Origin: Octopus sinensis | Lineage: Eukaryota | Direction: 5' to 3' | NCBI RefSeq assembly: GCF_006345805.1 | Contig: NC_043009.1 | Location: 69,192,001-69,256,000, forward strand | DNA: 64,000 nt | Shown: positions 48,775-61,200 of the stretch, one piece after another | Layout of the letters: each line of letters begins with the position of its first letter | Numbering within the stretch: the stretch's first letter is position 1 | The notes under the pieces: generated by a model | The model's database searches: none | Told to the model about the DNA's origin: nothing | The model's input: the letters and a program-made list of their open reading frames with translations, nothing else | Translations under genes and position numbers: made by a program

Positions 48775-51020
48775 TTCTTCAGAACGAAAAGAAAACCAAA
48801 ATCAATCTTTTTAACTCATTTCACCATCATTTCCCTTCTTTCGCCACAATATATGGATACTTCACTTGCTTTTCTTTTTATAATTTAAATGTAACAAATA
48901 TTCTTTAAAATATATTTCCATCACCTGTGATTTGTAGAAACCTCTGAAGATGTTGGAAAGTCTTTAAGAAATTTATTTAGAATGCAAAATCAGTTTGTAC
49001 TTATTCCAGACAGTGACTTACACAAATGTTCCTAATAATCTTGCCGAGAATCCAAGAATTTCCCCATAATTCTCCTGATTATATAAATATTATATTTATT
49101 CTATATAACATCCTTTGTCTTCAAAAAAATTATAGATATTGATGATGCTTCGGATCTAAAGTAATTTTTGCAGCCAGTTTCACCAAGGACCTGAAATAAT
49201 AGAGAAAGAGTATAAGATATAAAGAATAATTAAACTGTAGAGAATCACCAAAAATTCACATTTTTATGGTGATAAATTTTAGAATACAACTGAACTTATC
49301 CAGCGTATCACAACATTATTTCATACATAACAGAGCAGAGATAAACATCTAATAGAGATACATATCATACCACAGAAAAGAAATGTCTACTTGTCTTGAT
49401 TGTTGGAAGCAAGGGTCACTACCAAGCGAAAAACATCATTTGTTTCTAGTTTTGCATAAACCCATCTCTGACCAACAAACAAGATTACCTTACTGGGAAA
49501 CCTATGAGGATTGGTGACAGAAAGGGTTTGTAAAAAATCTGCCCCATGAATAATGTCTATACAAGCATGGGAAGGTGAACATTAAAACGAAGACATACTA
49601 CAGCAGATAATTACATACACGTATCATTATCAGTTTTTTATGTCAGCTTTTCCATGTCATCAAAGTTTTACAAGTACATGCTCTTTCTGATAGAAACCCC
49701 TTTTAGTCGCTGTGACTAAATTGTGATCTGGTGGTCTCTAAGTTTGGGGTAAATGAATGATGCTTTGTGAAAGCCATGTACAGAGGTGCTGTCAGCAAAG
49801 TGAGAGTTAATAAAGAGTATAGCTATGAATTCAGTGAGAACGTGGGATTGCATCAAGACTCAGTCTCCTCAAATCCATTTTGTCCATTATAGTCCTTCAA
49901 GCCATTACACAGTTCAAGACCGCCAGCTCGTGTGAACTCACATTAAAATTGTTCACAGACTTCTTATTGCAGAATCTGAAGTAGAATTAGAAAAGAAATT
50001 CCATGGATAGATGCAAAGCTTTGAATGGAGAAACCTCCAGCTGAATTTGGCGAAAATCAAAGTATTAGTAAATGTAAAGAAGTTAAGACAGTGCTCGAAT
50101 CAGGAAAATAACCATACTCGATATATAGAAAAGGAGTAGGTAGGAATTGCATTCGGTGTATTAGAGGGACGAGGGGTCGGGATAGAAAAAGAAAAAGGAA
50201 TGAAATAGTGAAAACGGCAGAGTTTCTAAATAGCAATCAGTTTAATTAGCAACCAAAAATAACAATCATTACGATTAGCAATCGAGAAGGAAAACGACAC
50301 ACAATTAGGAGTTGAAATATTAGGAGAGAGAAAAAAATTCTGAAATTTATGGCTAAAACTTTTTTTTTGCATCGTAATTGAAAGAATTGGGAGACTTTTC
50401 AATTAGTTTTCTTGCGTTTTGCTCGATTCCCGAAGAGGTTCTCCGAAAATGCGTTTCGCAAATATTGTAAATAGTTTAAGCATGATAAATACTCACTTGT
50501 ACCTTTCTTTTATGTCGCGTTGAAGGAGATGATCGGAGGAAATTGCTTCGGTGGATTGTTTTGACGAAAGAAGGGAAACCAAGAAAGACATTTTTAAAAT
50601 AATAAATCTAAAGGAAATAGGGATAAACTTAGAGATTTATTGCTAACCACAGTTTCGTAGCCATTCCGATAAAAGTGCGACTTTACCAACGATTTTAGGT
50701 GATAAAAAGAAAATTAATAAAACTTAAATGCAGAATGGCTTCAATCATGGCTTTACCTGGGATAACCAATTACAGCAGCAATGTTCTTGCCCTGCACTCT
50801 AAAGATAGCGACTGAATTCCCTCAAATTGCCCCGTTCAGTCTTGAACCAAAGGATCTAATCTTTCTCATTCGCAAAATGAGCCCCAATTAATTTTGCTGA
50901 GATTGCTTTCAAATTTGATGTATCGATGCAACTCTGAATTTTGATTACGATCCACCAACTACTTTATCTCGTAAATTAAAGAATCTGATGTTATTTGGAA
51001 TTAAATTTGGGAAATTTTAA

Positions 51021-51066
51021 CCAATCAACAGACAACGTAGCATTAGCAGCTTGTTACCATGACAAC
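51021..51066. promoter_or_regulatory. CCAAT box (51021-51025) and RFX X-box-like GTTACCATGACAAC (51053-51066)
   Basis: Motif matches in unique sequence about 450 bp upstream of the candidate ZNF copy 2 first exon. Motif evidence only. Confidence 0.4.
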
Positions 51067-52149
51067 CGCACGCTGTGTTATGGTTCACTGTTGTCGTCTA
51101 TTTTGATTTTTCACACTTCATTCTTCACACCACGAGTTTCTTTTCATCCGTGTGTTTTGTTTGAATTTTTCTCTGTGTTAGGATATTACGTATTTTTCTG
51201 TGCCTCTGTGCGTTGGTATTCTTACATATTCTTCATTTCATATATCTTTGGGACTCATTGACTCAGCTGGATTTATGAGTTCACTAGGTTAATTCCATTA
51301 ATAAAAATTTTAATTAGGAGTATTCTTTAACCGTTAGCTCCACATTTAAATAGCTTAACTGAAATTTAGCCCACATAGCAGGAACTGAGAGGGATGCCGT
51401 AGAATAGAGAAACTTTGGGTGATACAGATAATTTGACATTAATTTTGAATTCTGCATGAAAAACATGAGATACAGGTATTCCTTTCCTTGGGACAAATTC
51501 TTTGTTGACCAGCGTTATTCTTATCATAGTTTACAAATCCAAGCAAAAAACGTTAGTCAACTTTGGAGTTTGGGAAACAGAACGCCCCCTTTTCACACAC
51601 ACACACACACACACACATGAACTTATATATTAATGACCTACACAAATACATAACTGAAATACACATAAAGTAAGCACATGCAGACAAATATATTAATATA
51701 GCAAATTAAAAAAAAAACAATCAATGAAAGGACAAAAGAAACAGTAAGATGATACATGATGGTTTTATTAAGTATTTCTGTTTATTAGGAACCTACAATA
51801 AACAGGTCAGACGCTAAACTATAAATTTTACAGGGTACAACCTTAAAGTTGACACTGCTCCGCTAAACACAGAAAATTTCTGTCTTGCTTTTGGCGAAAA
51901 ATATCCAGTTTTTTTTTCTTTTTCTTTTTTTAAACCTCTAACTTTTTTCAATTTTTTTTCTCCACATCATACCTTCAAAGCAATGAGACTGGTGGGGGAC
52001 TATATTATTATAACTGATTTTCAGATTTTTTACTTCCTTTTAAAAAATACATATTTTTCAAATGAAGAAAGGTAAATCCAAACTATATTCCAATTTTAGA
52101 ATATGTACTACCGAAGCTTGTACGAAATGGAAGACTATATTCAATAATG

Positions 52150-52600
52150 TATTGGGTTGGGACAAAAGTTCGTAATGCTTTTTCAGTTGATTGTGTCTAA
52201 ACAAATGATTTCGTTTCCCTCATGTCCGAAGCATATATCATACATATTTTCGGAAAAGTGACATTTCAGCACGTCTTTCTTTCCGATTAATTTGAGGATA
52301 GTTTACGTCTCCTGTTTTTACATTCAAAATGAAAATGATGGAAAATGCGGTACATTTTCCTCATTTGATGCTCTGTTATATCTGCATAGGAAAAAAGATT
52401 TATGCAGTTTATGGCGTTAGTGCTTTGTCAGGCAGCAAGTTAACAAATATGTTGGCAGACAGGAACCTCTGGAATGTCTTACCACTGCCATCTATTTTTG
52501 ATTCCTGGGAAATTCTCTTAAAGCAAAGAACTACAATTCTTTGGAAGACCATAAAAAAACCAGTTGATTTAGTGTTCTGGGTGGTTTTTATGTGGAACAA
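52150..52600 (+). mobile_element. Mariner remnant (left TIR and N-terminal transposase fragments)
   Basis: TATTGGGTTGGGACAAAAGT TIR-like start. MENAVHFPHLML...KIYAVYG resembles a mariner N-terminus. Confidence 0.7.
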
Positions 52601-52829
52601 GCAGCAATGATGTCACCAAGTACTTGCAAGACAAGCTCTCACATCTGAGTGAGTAGTAATATTCAGAAAGGTGGCTATATGCCGGATGATAACAGGTTAA
52701 GTTATCATTAAGAAGGACAGACACGGGTGACATGCTGCTAAGGAGATACATGGCTGCTCTGATCGGAAAAGAGAAAGAGAGGGAGAGAAGATGCGGGTGA
52801 AGAAGATGTGATGGGGTAACACCATCAAG

Positions 52830-53110
52830 GTATAGGGAGGCAAATGTAAGTAAAGTGGTTAGGGTTAGGGTTGTAAATGGTGGGACCCATATCTCACTAC
52901 CACACAGCATTACCGCTGTCACATGAGTATCATACAATCTAGCCTTCATTCTGTTGGCAGCAGCAGTAGTTCCTTCTTGAACCTTTTCCAATTTGTTCTT
53001 AACCTGGTATCTATATTATCAGGTAAACCACCTTCCATGTTAATTACATCTCCAAGGTAGTAAAAGCTACCAACAACTTCTACTAAACTATCCAAGCATT
53101 TAACACAATC
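52830..53110 (-). mobile_element. RTE LINE remnant
   Basis: LVEVVGSFYYLGDVI and ARLYDTHVTAVMLCGSEIW motifs. Confidence 0.7.
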
Positions 53111-53145
53111 TATTTCAGGTGTGTTCCTAGTATGTTCTGCTTCAG

Positions 53146-53347
53146 TGCGCGCACTTGCATACTCGCGCCTCCGCGCAAGCTAGTCGTGACTAATCGATCC
53201 TACAACGAGTACCTAGCAAAGTAAATATTATAAAACACAAAATAGATCATTTTTTTTACACAAAGTAAATAAAACACAAAAACACAAAGTAAGGATCGAC
53301 TAGTCATGACTAGCTAGCGGGGATGCGCGAGTACGCGAGTGCGCGCA
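53146..53347. repeat. CpG-rich inverted repeat, 56-bp arms, 90-bp AT-rich spacer
   Basis: 53146-53201 versus the reverse complement of 53292-53347, about 85% match by eye. Confidence 0.85.
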
Positions 53348-53789
53348 CCGGTACCGCTCTTCTTAAATAGTACCGAATAATTCTCCGTCATACGTCAACT
53401 AAAAACTTTAACACACTTCCAAAATGGGATTTCATCTATGTCTATCTACGTGCGTCTATGTGTAGATGTGTGTGTGTGTGTGAACCATCCCATCAGCAAC
53501 AATCATCATAATCATCTTCACAACAAGAAGCAACTGTTGCTATGCTTCTGAAAATTAATTTTGGTGGTAAGGACTGAACCCATTGTTTCATTATCACAAC
53601 TGAAAACTAAATTTGAAGGATTAACATCGCATAAGTTCATATATTATTTCCGTAAACTCTAATTGAAATCAAGAAGCTACCACAACCAACCCATCAGCAA
53701 CAATCATCTTCATCTTCGTCACAATATTTGTACCCTTTAAAAAGAAGCTGCTGTCGCTATTTTTATGAATTTATTTTACATTGTGTACA

Positions 53790-54430
53790 TCCAGATTGGA
53801 ACTTTTACTGTGCTTTGCACCAGAGAACATTATAGATTATCTGAAGACAAAACATATCACCAATGAAAATCCGTGTGCTTGCACACATTCGATGAATTTT
53901 CAAAATTCTAGTCGTTCTATTGACGGGTTTGTCAATAGAACGTGCGCTAAACGGGAAAAAAAAAGAAGAAAAAACTTTTTCCATCAGGAAAGGTACATTT
54001 ACAGAAATTTTTCATTTCGTGTTAGATTTTATTTTCGAATTGCCTGTAACGATATCTGCAAGAATGAATTGCATTCATATAAAAACTGCCGTTCAGTGAT
54101 ACCAGTTCTGTAGAGATGTTTGTCTGGCAAAACTGCTGCAGGACAGAAGTCCCCACTGGTGGTCCGGATTATAATGTAGAGATCGATGAAGGCTTGTACT
54201 TCAATGGCAAGAACAATGTAGGAAGAATATGTCGCAAAACTTGGCTTGTTGGATGTTATGACACCACAAGCAGGAAAAAGATTTCTTCAACATGTACCCG
54301 ATAGGAGTACAGAGACGTTGGAGACTGGTGTCAGGCAAAACGGGCTTCCAGGAACTACTGTTCTGGTTGAGAATTTGGCAAGCTATTGTAATCTCCACAT
54401 ACTCGGTTACATTCACCATACGGTCACCGG
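53790..54430 (+). pseudogene. Merlin (ISXO2/IS1595-like DDE) transposase pseudogene
   Basis: N-terminal C-x-C...DG..R.C zinc motif remnant, then KTAVQ*YQFCRDVC, GGPDYNVEIDE, VPDRSTETL...PGTTVL and LGYIHHTV, with stops and frameshifts. Confidence 0.85.
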
Positions 54431-54605
54431 GGTAAGTAGAAATCGGAGGAGATCAAGGACCGCACCCCATTTTGGATATCGTTTTGGTTTTAGTTTTAAA
54501 CGAACACACTATATGAAGGGTGCAGATGGCGAATCTGCAAAACAATTTGCATTTCAAATTTTATATTGTACAGGTTAAAACAAAAACAAACATAAACGAC
54601 AAAAC

Positions 54606-54970
54606 ACACCATTACACACCCACTCTATCCACCGCCCTCTCCACCTCTCTCTCTCCAGCTCCTCTCCACCTCTCTCTATCTAGCTCCCACTCCTCCTCCT
54701 CTCTCTCCAGCTCCCACTCCTCCTCTCTCTCTCTCCAACTCCCACACCAGCTCTCTCTCTCCAACACCCACTCCACCTCTCTCTCTATCTAGCTCCCACT
54801 CCTCCTCCTCTCTCTCCAGCTCTCTCTCTCTCCAGCTCCCACTCCACCTCTCTCTCTCCAGCTCCCACTCCTCTCTCTCTCTCTCCAACTCCCACTCCAG
54901 CTCTCTCTCTCTCTAGCTCCCACTCTTCCTCTGTCTCAAGCTCCCACTCCACCTCCCTCTCTCCAGCTCC
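54606..54970. repeat. Pyrimidine-rich tandem repeat (CTCTCTCTCCAGCTCCCACTCC-type units)
   Basis: Directly visible. Confidence 0.9.
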
Positions 54971-55245
54971 CGAAGCAGACGACATCGAAGCGCACTTCTG
55001 AACGGCTGAAAATTTCTGCGCTCCAAATTACTAAAAGGTAAGTGGAAACAATTGATGCCACATCAAAGCTGTTTTGCGGCTGAGACATCCAGAAATCAAT
55101 GTATCCAGTAATTTTAGCAGGAATGTGTAAAACATTGTTTTTATAAACTTTGACTTGTTTCATACAAACATTAAAAAGGTTTATTGTTTTCTCCAGACAT
55201 CGTTACCACTAACTTCAGCATTCGTTTATTATCACCAATTGTCAT

Positions 55246-58200
55246 CTGGCAAGAGATTTTCTCTACGAATTTCTTAATAATTCTTATGTATGCCATTTGA
55301 AAGGCGTCTGTTAAAACTTTTGTTGAAAACAAACTGCATTTTCCCAAAAGTTATGAGGGAAAGGCTCGAATCTTGTGAATTTTACGAGGTTCTGGTCGCC
55401 TTCTGGCAAGAGATTTTCTCTACGAATTTCTTAATAATTCTTATGTATGCCATTTGAAAGGCGTCTGTTAAAACTTTTGTTGAAAACAAACTGCATTTTC
55501 CCAAAAGTTATGAGGGAAAGGCTCGAATCTTGTGAATTTTACGAGGTTCTGGTCGCCTTCTGGCAAGAGATTTTCTCTACGAATTTCTTAATAATTCTTA
55601 TGTATGCCATTTGAAAGGCGTCTGTTAAAACTTTTGTTGAAAACAAACTGCATTTTCCCAAAAGTTATGAGGGAAAGGCTCGAATCTTGTGAATTTTACG
55701 AGGTTCTGGTCGCTTTGGCAAGAGATTTTCTCTACGAATTTCTTAATAATTCTTATATGTATGCCATTTGAAAGGCGTCGCTAGTTAAAACTTTTGTTGA
55801 TGAAACAAACTGCATTTTCCCAAAAGTTATGAGGAGAAAGGCTCGAATCTGTGAATTTTACGAGGTTCTGGTCGCCTTCTGGCAAGAGATTTTCTCCACA
55901 AATTCTTAATAATTCTTATGTATGCCATTGGAAAGGTGTCTGCTTTAAAACTTTTGTTGAAAACAAACTGCATTTTCCCAAAAGTTATGAGGGAAAGGCT
56001 CGAATCTTGTGAATTTTACGAGGTTCTGTCGCCTTCTGGCAAGAGATTTTCTCCACAAATTTCTTAATAATTCTTATGTATGCCATTTGAAAGGTGTCTG
56101 TTAAAACTTTTGTTGAAAAAACTGCATTTTCCCAAAAGTATGAGGGAAAGGCTCGAATCTTGTGAATTTTACGAGGTTCTGGTCGCCTTCTGGCAAGAGA
56201 TTTTCTCCCCACAATTTCTTAATAATTCTTATGTATGCCATTTGAAAGGCGTCTGTTAAAACTTTTGTTGAAAACAAACTGCATTTTCCCAAAAGCTATG
56301 AGGGAAAGGCTCGAATCTTGTGAATTTTACGAGGTTCTGGTTCGCCTTCTGGCAAGAGATTTTCTCCACAAATTTCTTAATAATTCTTATGTATGCCATT
56401 TGAAAGGTGTCTGTTGTTAAAACTTGTGTTGAAAAAAAACTGCATTTTCCAAAAGTTATGAGGGAAAGGCTCGAATCTTGTGAATTTTACGAGGTTTGGT
56501 CGCCTTCTGGCAAGAGATTTTCTCCACAAATTTCTTAATAATTCTTATGTATGCCATTGAAAGGTGTCTGTTAAAACTTTTGTTGAAAACAAACTGCATT
56601 TTCCCAAAAGTTATGAGGGAAAGGCTCGAATCTTGGGAATTTTACGTGGTTGATGGCGCCTTCTGGCAAGAGATTTTCTCCAAAATTCTTAATAATTCTT
56701 ATATATGCCATTGGAAAGGTGTCTGTTAAAACTTTTGTGAAAACAAACTGCATTTTCCCAAAAGTTATGAGGGAAAGGCTCGAATCTTGTGAATTTTCGA
56801 GGTTGGTCGCCTTCTAGGCAAGAGACATGGGTTCTTCGCCTTCCCAACTGAGATTTTCTCCAAATACATTTCTTAATAATCTATATATGTGCCATTTGAA
56901 AAGGGGTTGTCTGTTAAAAACTTTTGTTGAAACAAACTGCATTTTCCCAAAAGTTATGAGGGAAAGGCTCGAATCTTGTGAATTTTACGAGGTCTTGGTC
57001 GCCTTCTGGAGAGATTTTCTCCAACAAATTTCTTAATAATTCTTATATATGCCATTTGAAAGGTGTCTTGTTAAAACTTTTGTTGAAAACAAACTGCTCT
57101 TTTCCCAAAAGTTATGAGGGAAAGGCTCGAATTTGTGCAATTTTACGAGGTTCTGGTCGCCTTCTGGCAAGAGATTTTCTCCAAAATTCTTAATAATTCT
57201 TATATATGCCATTTGAAAGGTGTCTGTTAAAACTTTTGTTGAAAACAAACTGCATTTTCCCAAAAGTTATGAGGGAAAGGCTCGAATCTTGTGAATTTTA
57301 CGAGGTTCTGGTCGCCTTCTGGCAAGAGATTTTCTCCACAAATTTCTTAATAATTCTTATATATGCCATTTGAAGGGGTGTCTGTTAAACTTTTGTGAAA
57401 ACAAACTGCATTTTCCCAAAAGTTATGAGGGAAAGGCTCGAATCTTGTGAATTTTACGAGGTTCTGGTCGCCTTCTGGCAAGAGATTTTCTCCACAAATT
57501 TCTTAATAATTCTTATATGCCATTTGAAAGGTGTCTGTTAAAACTTTTGTTGAAAACAAACAAACTGCATTTTCCCAAAAGGGATGAGGGAAAGGCTCGA
57601 TCTTGTGAATTTTACGAGGGCTGGTCGCCTTCTGGCCAAGGGAAAGAAGTTTTTGGTTCTCCACAAATTTCTTAATAATTCTTATGTATGCCATTTGAAA
57701 GGGTCTGTTAAAACTTTTGTTGAAAACAAACTGCATTTTCCCAAAAGTTATGAGGGAAAGGCTCGAATCTTGTGAATTTTACGAGGTTCTGGTCGCCTTC
57801 TGGCAAGAGATTTTCTCCACAAATTTCTTAATAATTCTTATATATGCCATTTGAAAGGTGTCTGTTAAAACTTTTGTTGAAAACAAACTGCATTTTCCCA
57901 AAGTTATGAGGGAAAGGCTCGAATCTTGTGAATTTTACGAGGTTCTGGTCGCCTTCTGGCAAAGATTTTCTCCACAAATTCTTAATAATTCTTATGTATG
58001 CCATTTGAAAGGTGTCTGTGTTAAACTTTTGTTGAAAACAAACTGCATTTTCCCAAAAGTTATGAGGGAAAGGCTCGAATCTTGTGAATTTTATGAGGTT
58101 CTGGTCGCCTTCTGGCAAGAGATTTTCTCCACAAATTTCTTAATAATTCTTATATATGCCATTTGAAAGGTGTCTGTTAAAACTTTTGTTGAAAACAAAC

Positions 58201-61200
58201 TGCATTTTCCCAAAAGTTATGAGGGGAGGGAAGGCTCGAATCTTGTGAATTTTACGAGGTTCTGGTCGCCTTCTGGCAGAGATTTTCTCCACAAATTCTT
58301 AATAATTCTTATGTATGCCATTTGAATTTGAAAGGTGTCTGTTAAAACTTTTGTTGAAAACAACTGCATTTTCCCAAAAGTTATGAGGGAAAGGCTCGAA
58401 TCTGTGAATTTTACGAGGTTCTGGTCGCCTTCTGGCAAGAGATTTTCTCCACAAATTTCTTAATAATTCTTATGTATGCCATTTGAAAGGTGTCTGTTAA
58501 AACTTTTGTTGAAAACAAACTGCATTTTCCCAAAAGTTATGAGGGAAGGCTCGAATCTTGTGAATTTTACGAGGTTCTGGTCGCCTTCTGGCAAGAGATT
58601 TTCTCCACAAATTTCTTAATAATTCTTATATATGCCATTTGAAAGGTGTCTGTTAAAACTTTTGTTGAAAACAAACTGCATTTTCCCAAAAGTTATGAGG
58701 GAAAGGCTCGAATCTTGTGAATTTTACGAGGTTCTGGTCGCCTTCTGGCAAGAGATTTTCTCCACAAATTTCTTAATAATTCTTATATATGCCATTTGAA
58801 AGGTGTCTGTTAAAACTTTTGTTGAAAACAAACTGCATTTTCCCAAAAGTTATGAGGGAAAGGCTCGAATCTTGTGAATTTTACGAGGTTCTGGTCGCCT
58901 TCTGGCAGAGATTTTCTCCACAAATTTCTTAATAATTCTTATATATGCCATTTGAAAGGTGTCTGTTAAAACTTTTGTTGAAAACAAACTGCATTTTCCC
59001 AAAAGTTATGAGGGAAAGGCTCGAATCTTGTGAATTTTACGAGGTTCTGGTCGCCTTCTGGCAAGAGATTTTCTCCACAAATTTCTAATAATCTTATATA
59101 TGCCATTTGAAAGGTGTCTGTTAAAACTTTTGTTGAAAACAAACTGCATTTTCCCAAAAGTTATGAGGGAAAGGCTCGAATCTTGTGAATTTTACGAGGT
59201 TCTGGTCGCCTTCTGGCAAGAGATTTTCTCCACAATTTTTCTTAATAATTCTTATATATGCCATTTGAAAGGTGTCTGTTAAAACTTTTGTTGAAAACAA
59301 ACTGCATTTTCCCAAAAGTTATGAGGGAAAGGCTCGAATCTTGTGAATTTTACGAGGTTCGGTCGCCTTCTGGCAAGAGATTTTCTCCACAAATTTCTTA
59401 ATAATTCTTATATATGCATTTGAAAGGTGTCTGTTAAAACTTTTGTTGAAAACACACTGCATTTTCCCAAAAGTTATGAGGGAAAGGCTCGAATCTTGTG
59501 AATTTTACGAGGTTCTGGTCGCCTTCTGGCAAGAGATTTTCTCCACAAATTTCTTAATAATTCTTATATATGCCATTGAAAGGTGTCTGTTAAAACTTTT
59601 GTTGAAAACAACTGCATTTTCCCAAAAGTTATGAGGGAAAGGCTCGAATCTTGTGAATTTTACGAGGTTCTGGTCGCCTTCTGGCAAGAGATTTTCTCCA
59701 CAAATTCTCTTATATCTTATGTATGCCATTTGAAAGGTGTCTGTTAAAACTTTTGTTGAAAACAAACTGCATTTTCCCAAAAGTTATGAGGGAAAGGCTC
59801 GAATCTTGTGAATTTTACGAGGTTCTGGTCGCCTCTGGCAAGAGATTTTCCCACAAATTTCTTAATAATTCTTATATATGCCATTTGAAAGGCGTCTGTT
59901 AAAACTTTTGTTGAAAACAAACTGCATTTTCCCAAAAGTATGAGGGAAAGGCTCGAATCTTGTGAATTTTACGAGGTTCTGGTCGCCTTCTGGCAAGAGA
60001 TTTTCTCCACAATTTCTTAATAATTCTTATATATGCCCTTTGAAAGGTGTCTGTTAAAACTTTTGTTGAAAACAAACTGACTGCATTTTCCCAAAAGTTA
60101 TGAGGGAAGGCTCGAATCTTGTGAATTTTACGAGGTCTTGGTCGCCTTCTTCTGGCAAGAGATTTTCTCCACAAATTTCTTAATAATTCTTATATATGCC
60201 ATTTGAAAGGTGTCTGTTAAAACTTTTGTTGAAAACAACTGCATTTTCCAAAAGTTATGAGGGAAAGGCTCGAATCTTGTGAATTTTAACGAGGTTCTGG
60301 TCGCCTTCTGGCAAGAGATTTTCTCCACAAATTCTTAATAATTCTTATATATGCCATTTGAAAGGTGTCGTTTAAAACTTTTGTTGAAAACAAACTGCAT
60401 TTTCCCAAAAGTTAGAGGGAGGCTCGAATCTTTTGAATTTTACGAGGTTCTGGTCGCCTTCTGCAAGAGATTTTCTCCACAAATTTCTTAATAATTCTTA
60501 TGTATGCCATTTGAAAGGTGTCTGTTAAAACTTTTGTTGAAAACAAACTGCATTTTCCCAAAAGTTATGAGGGAAAGGCTCGAATCTTGTGAATTTTACG
60601 AGGTTCTGGTCGCCTTCTGGCAAGAGATTTTCTCCACAAATTCTTAATAATTCTTATATATGCCATTTGAAAGGTGTCTGTTAAAACTTTTGTTGAAAAC
60701 AAACTGCATTTTCCCAAAAGTTATGAGGGAAAGGCTCGAATCTTGTGAATTTTACGAGGTTCTGGTCGCCTTCTGGCAAGAGATTTTCTCCACAAATTTC
60801 TTAATAATTCTTATATATGCCATTTGAAAGGTGTCTGTTAAAACTTTTGTTGAAAACAAACTGCATTTTCCCAAAAGTTATGAGGGAAAGGCTCGAATCT
60901 TGTGAATTTTACGAGGTTCTGGTCGCCTTCTGGCAAGAGATTTTTCTCCACAAATTTCTTAATAATTCTTATATATGCATTTGAAAGGTGTCTGTTAAAA
61001 CTTTTGTTGAAAACAAACTGCATTTTCCCAAAAGTTATGAGGAAAGGCTCGAATCTTGTGAATTTTACGAGGTTCTGGTCGCCTTCTGGCAAGAGATTTT
61101 CTCCACAAATTTCTTAATAATTCTTATGTATGCCATTTGAAAGGTGTCTGTTAAAACTTTTGTTGAAAACAAACTGCATTTTCCCAAAAGTTATGAGGGA

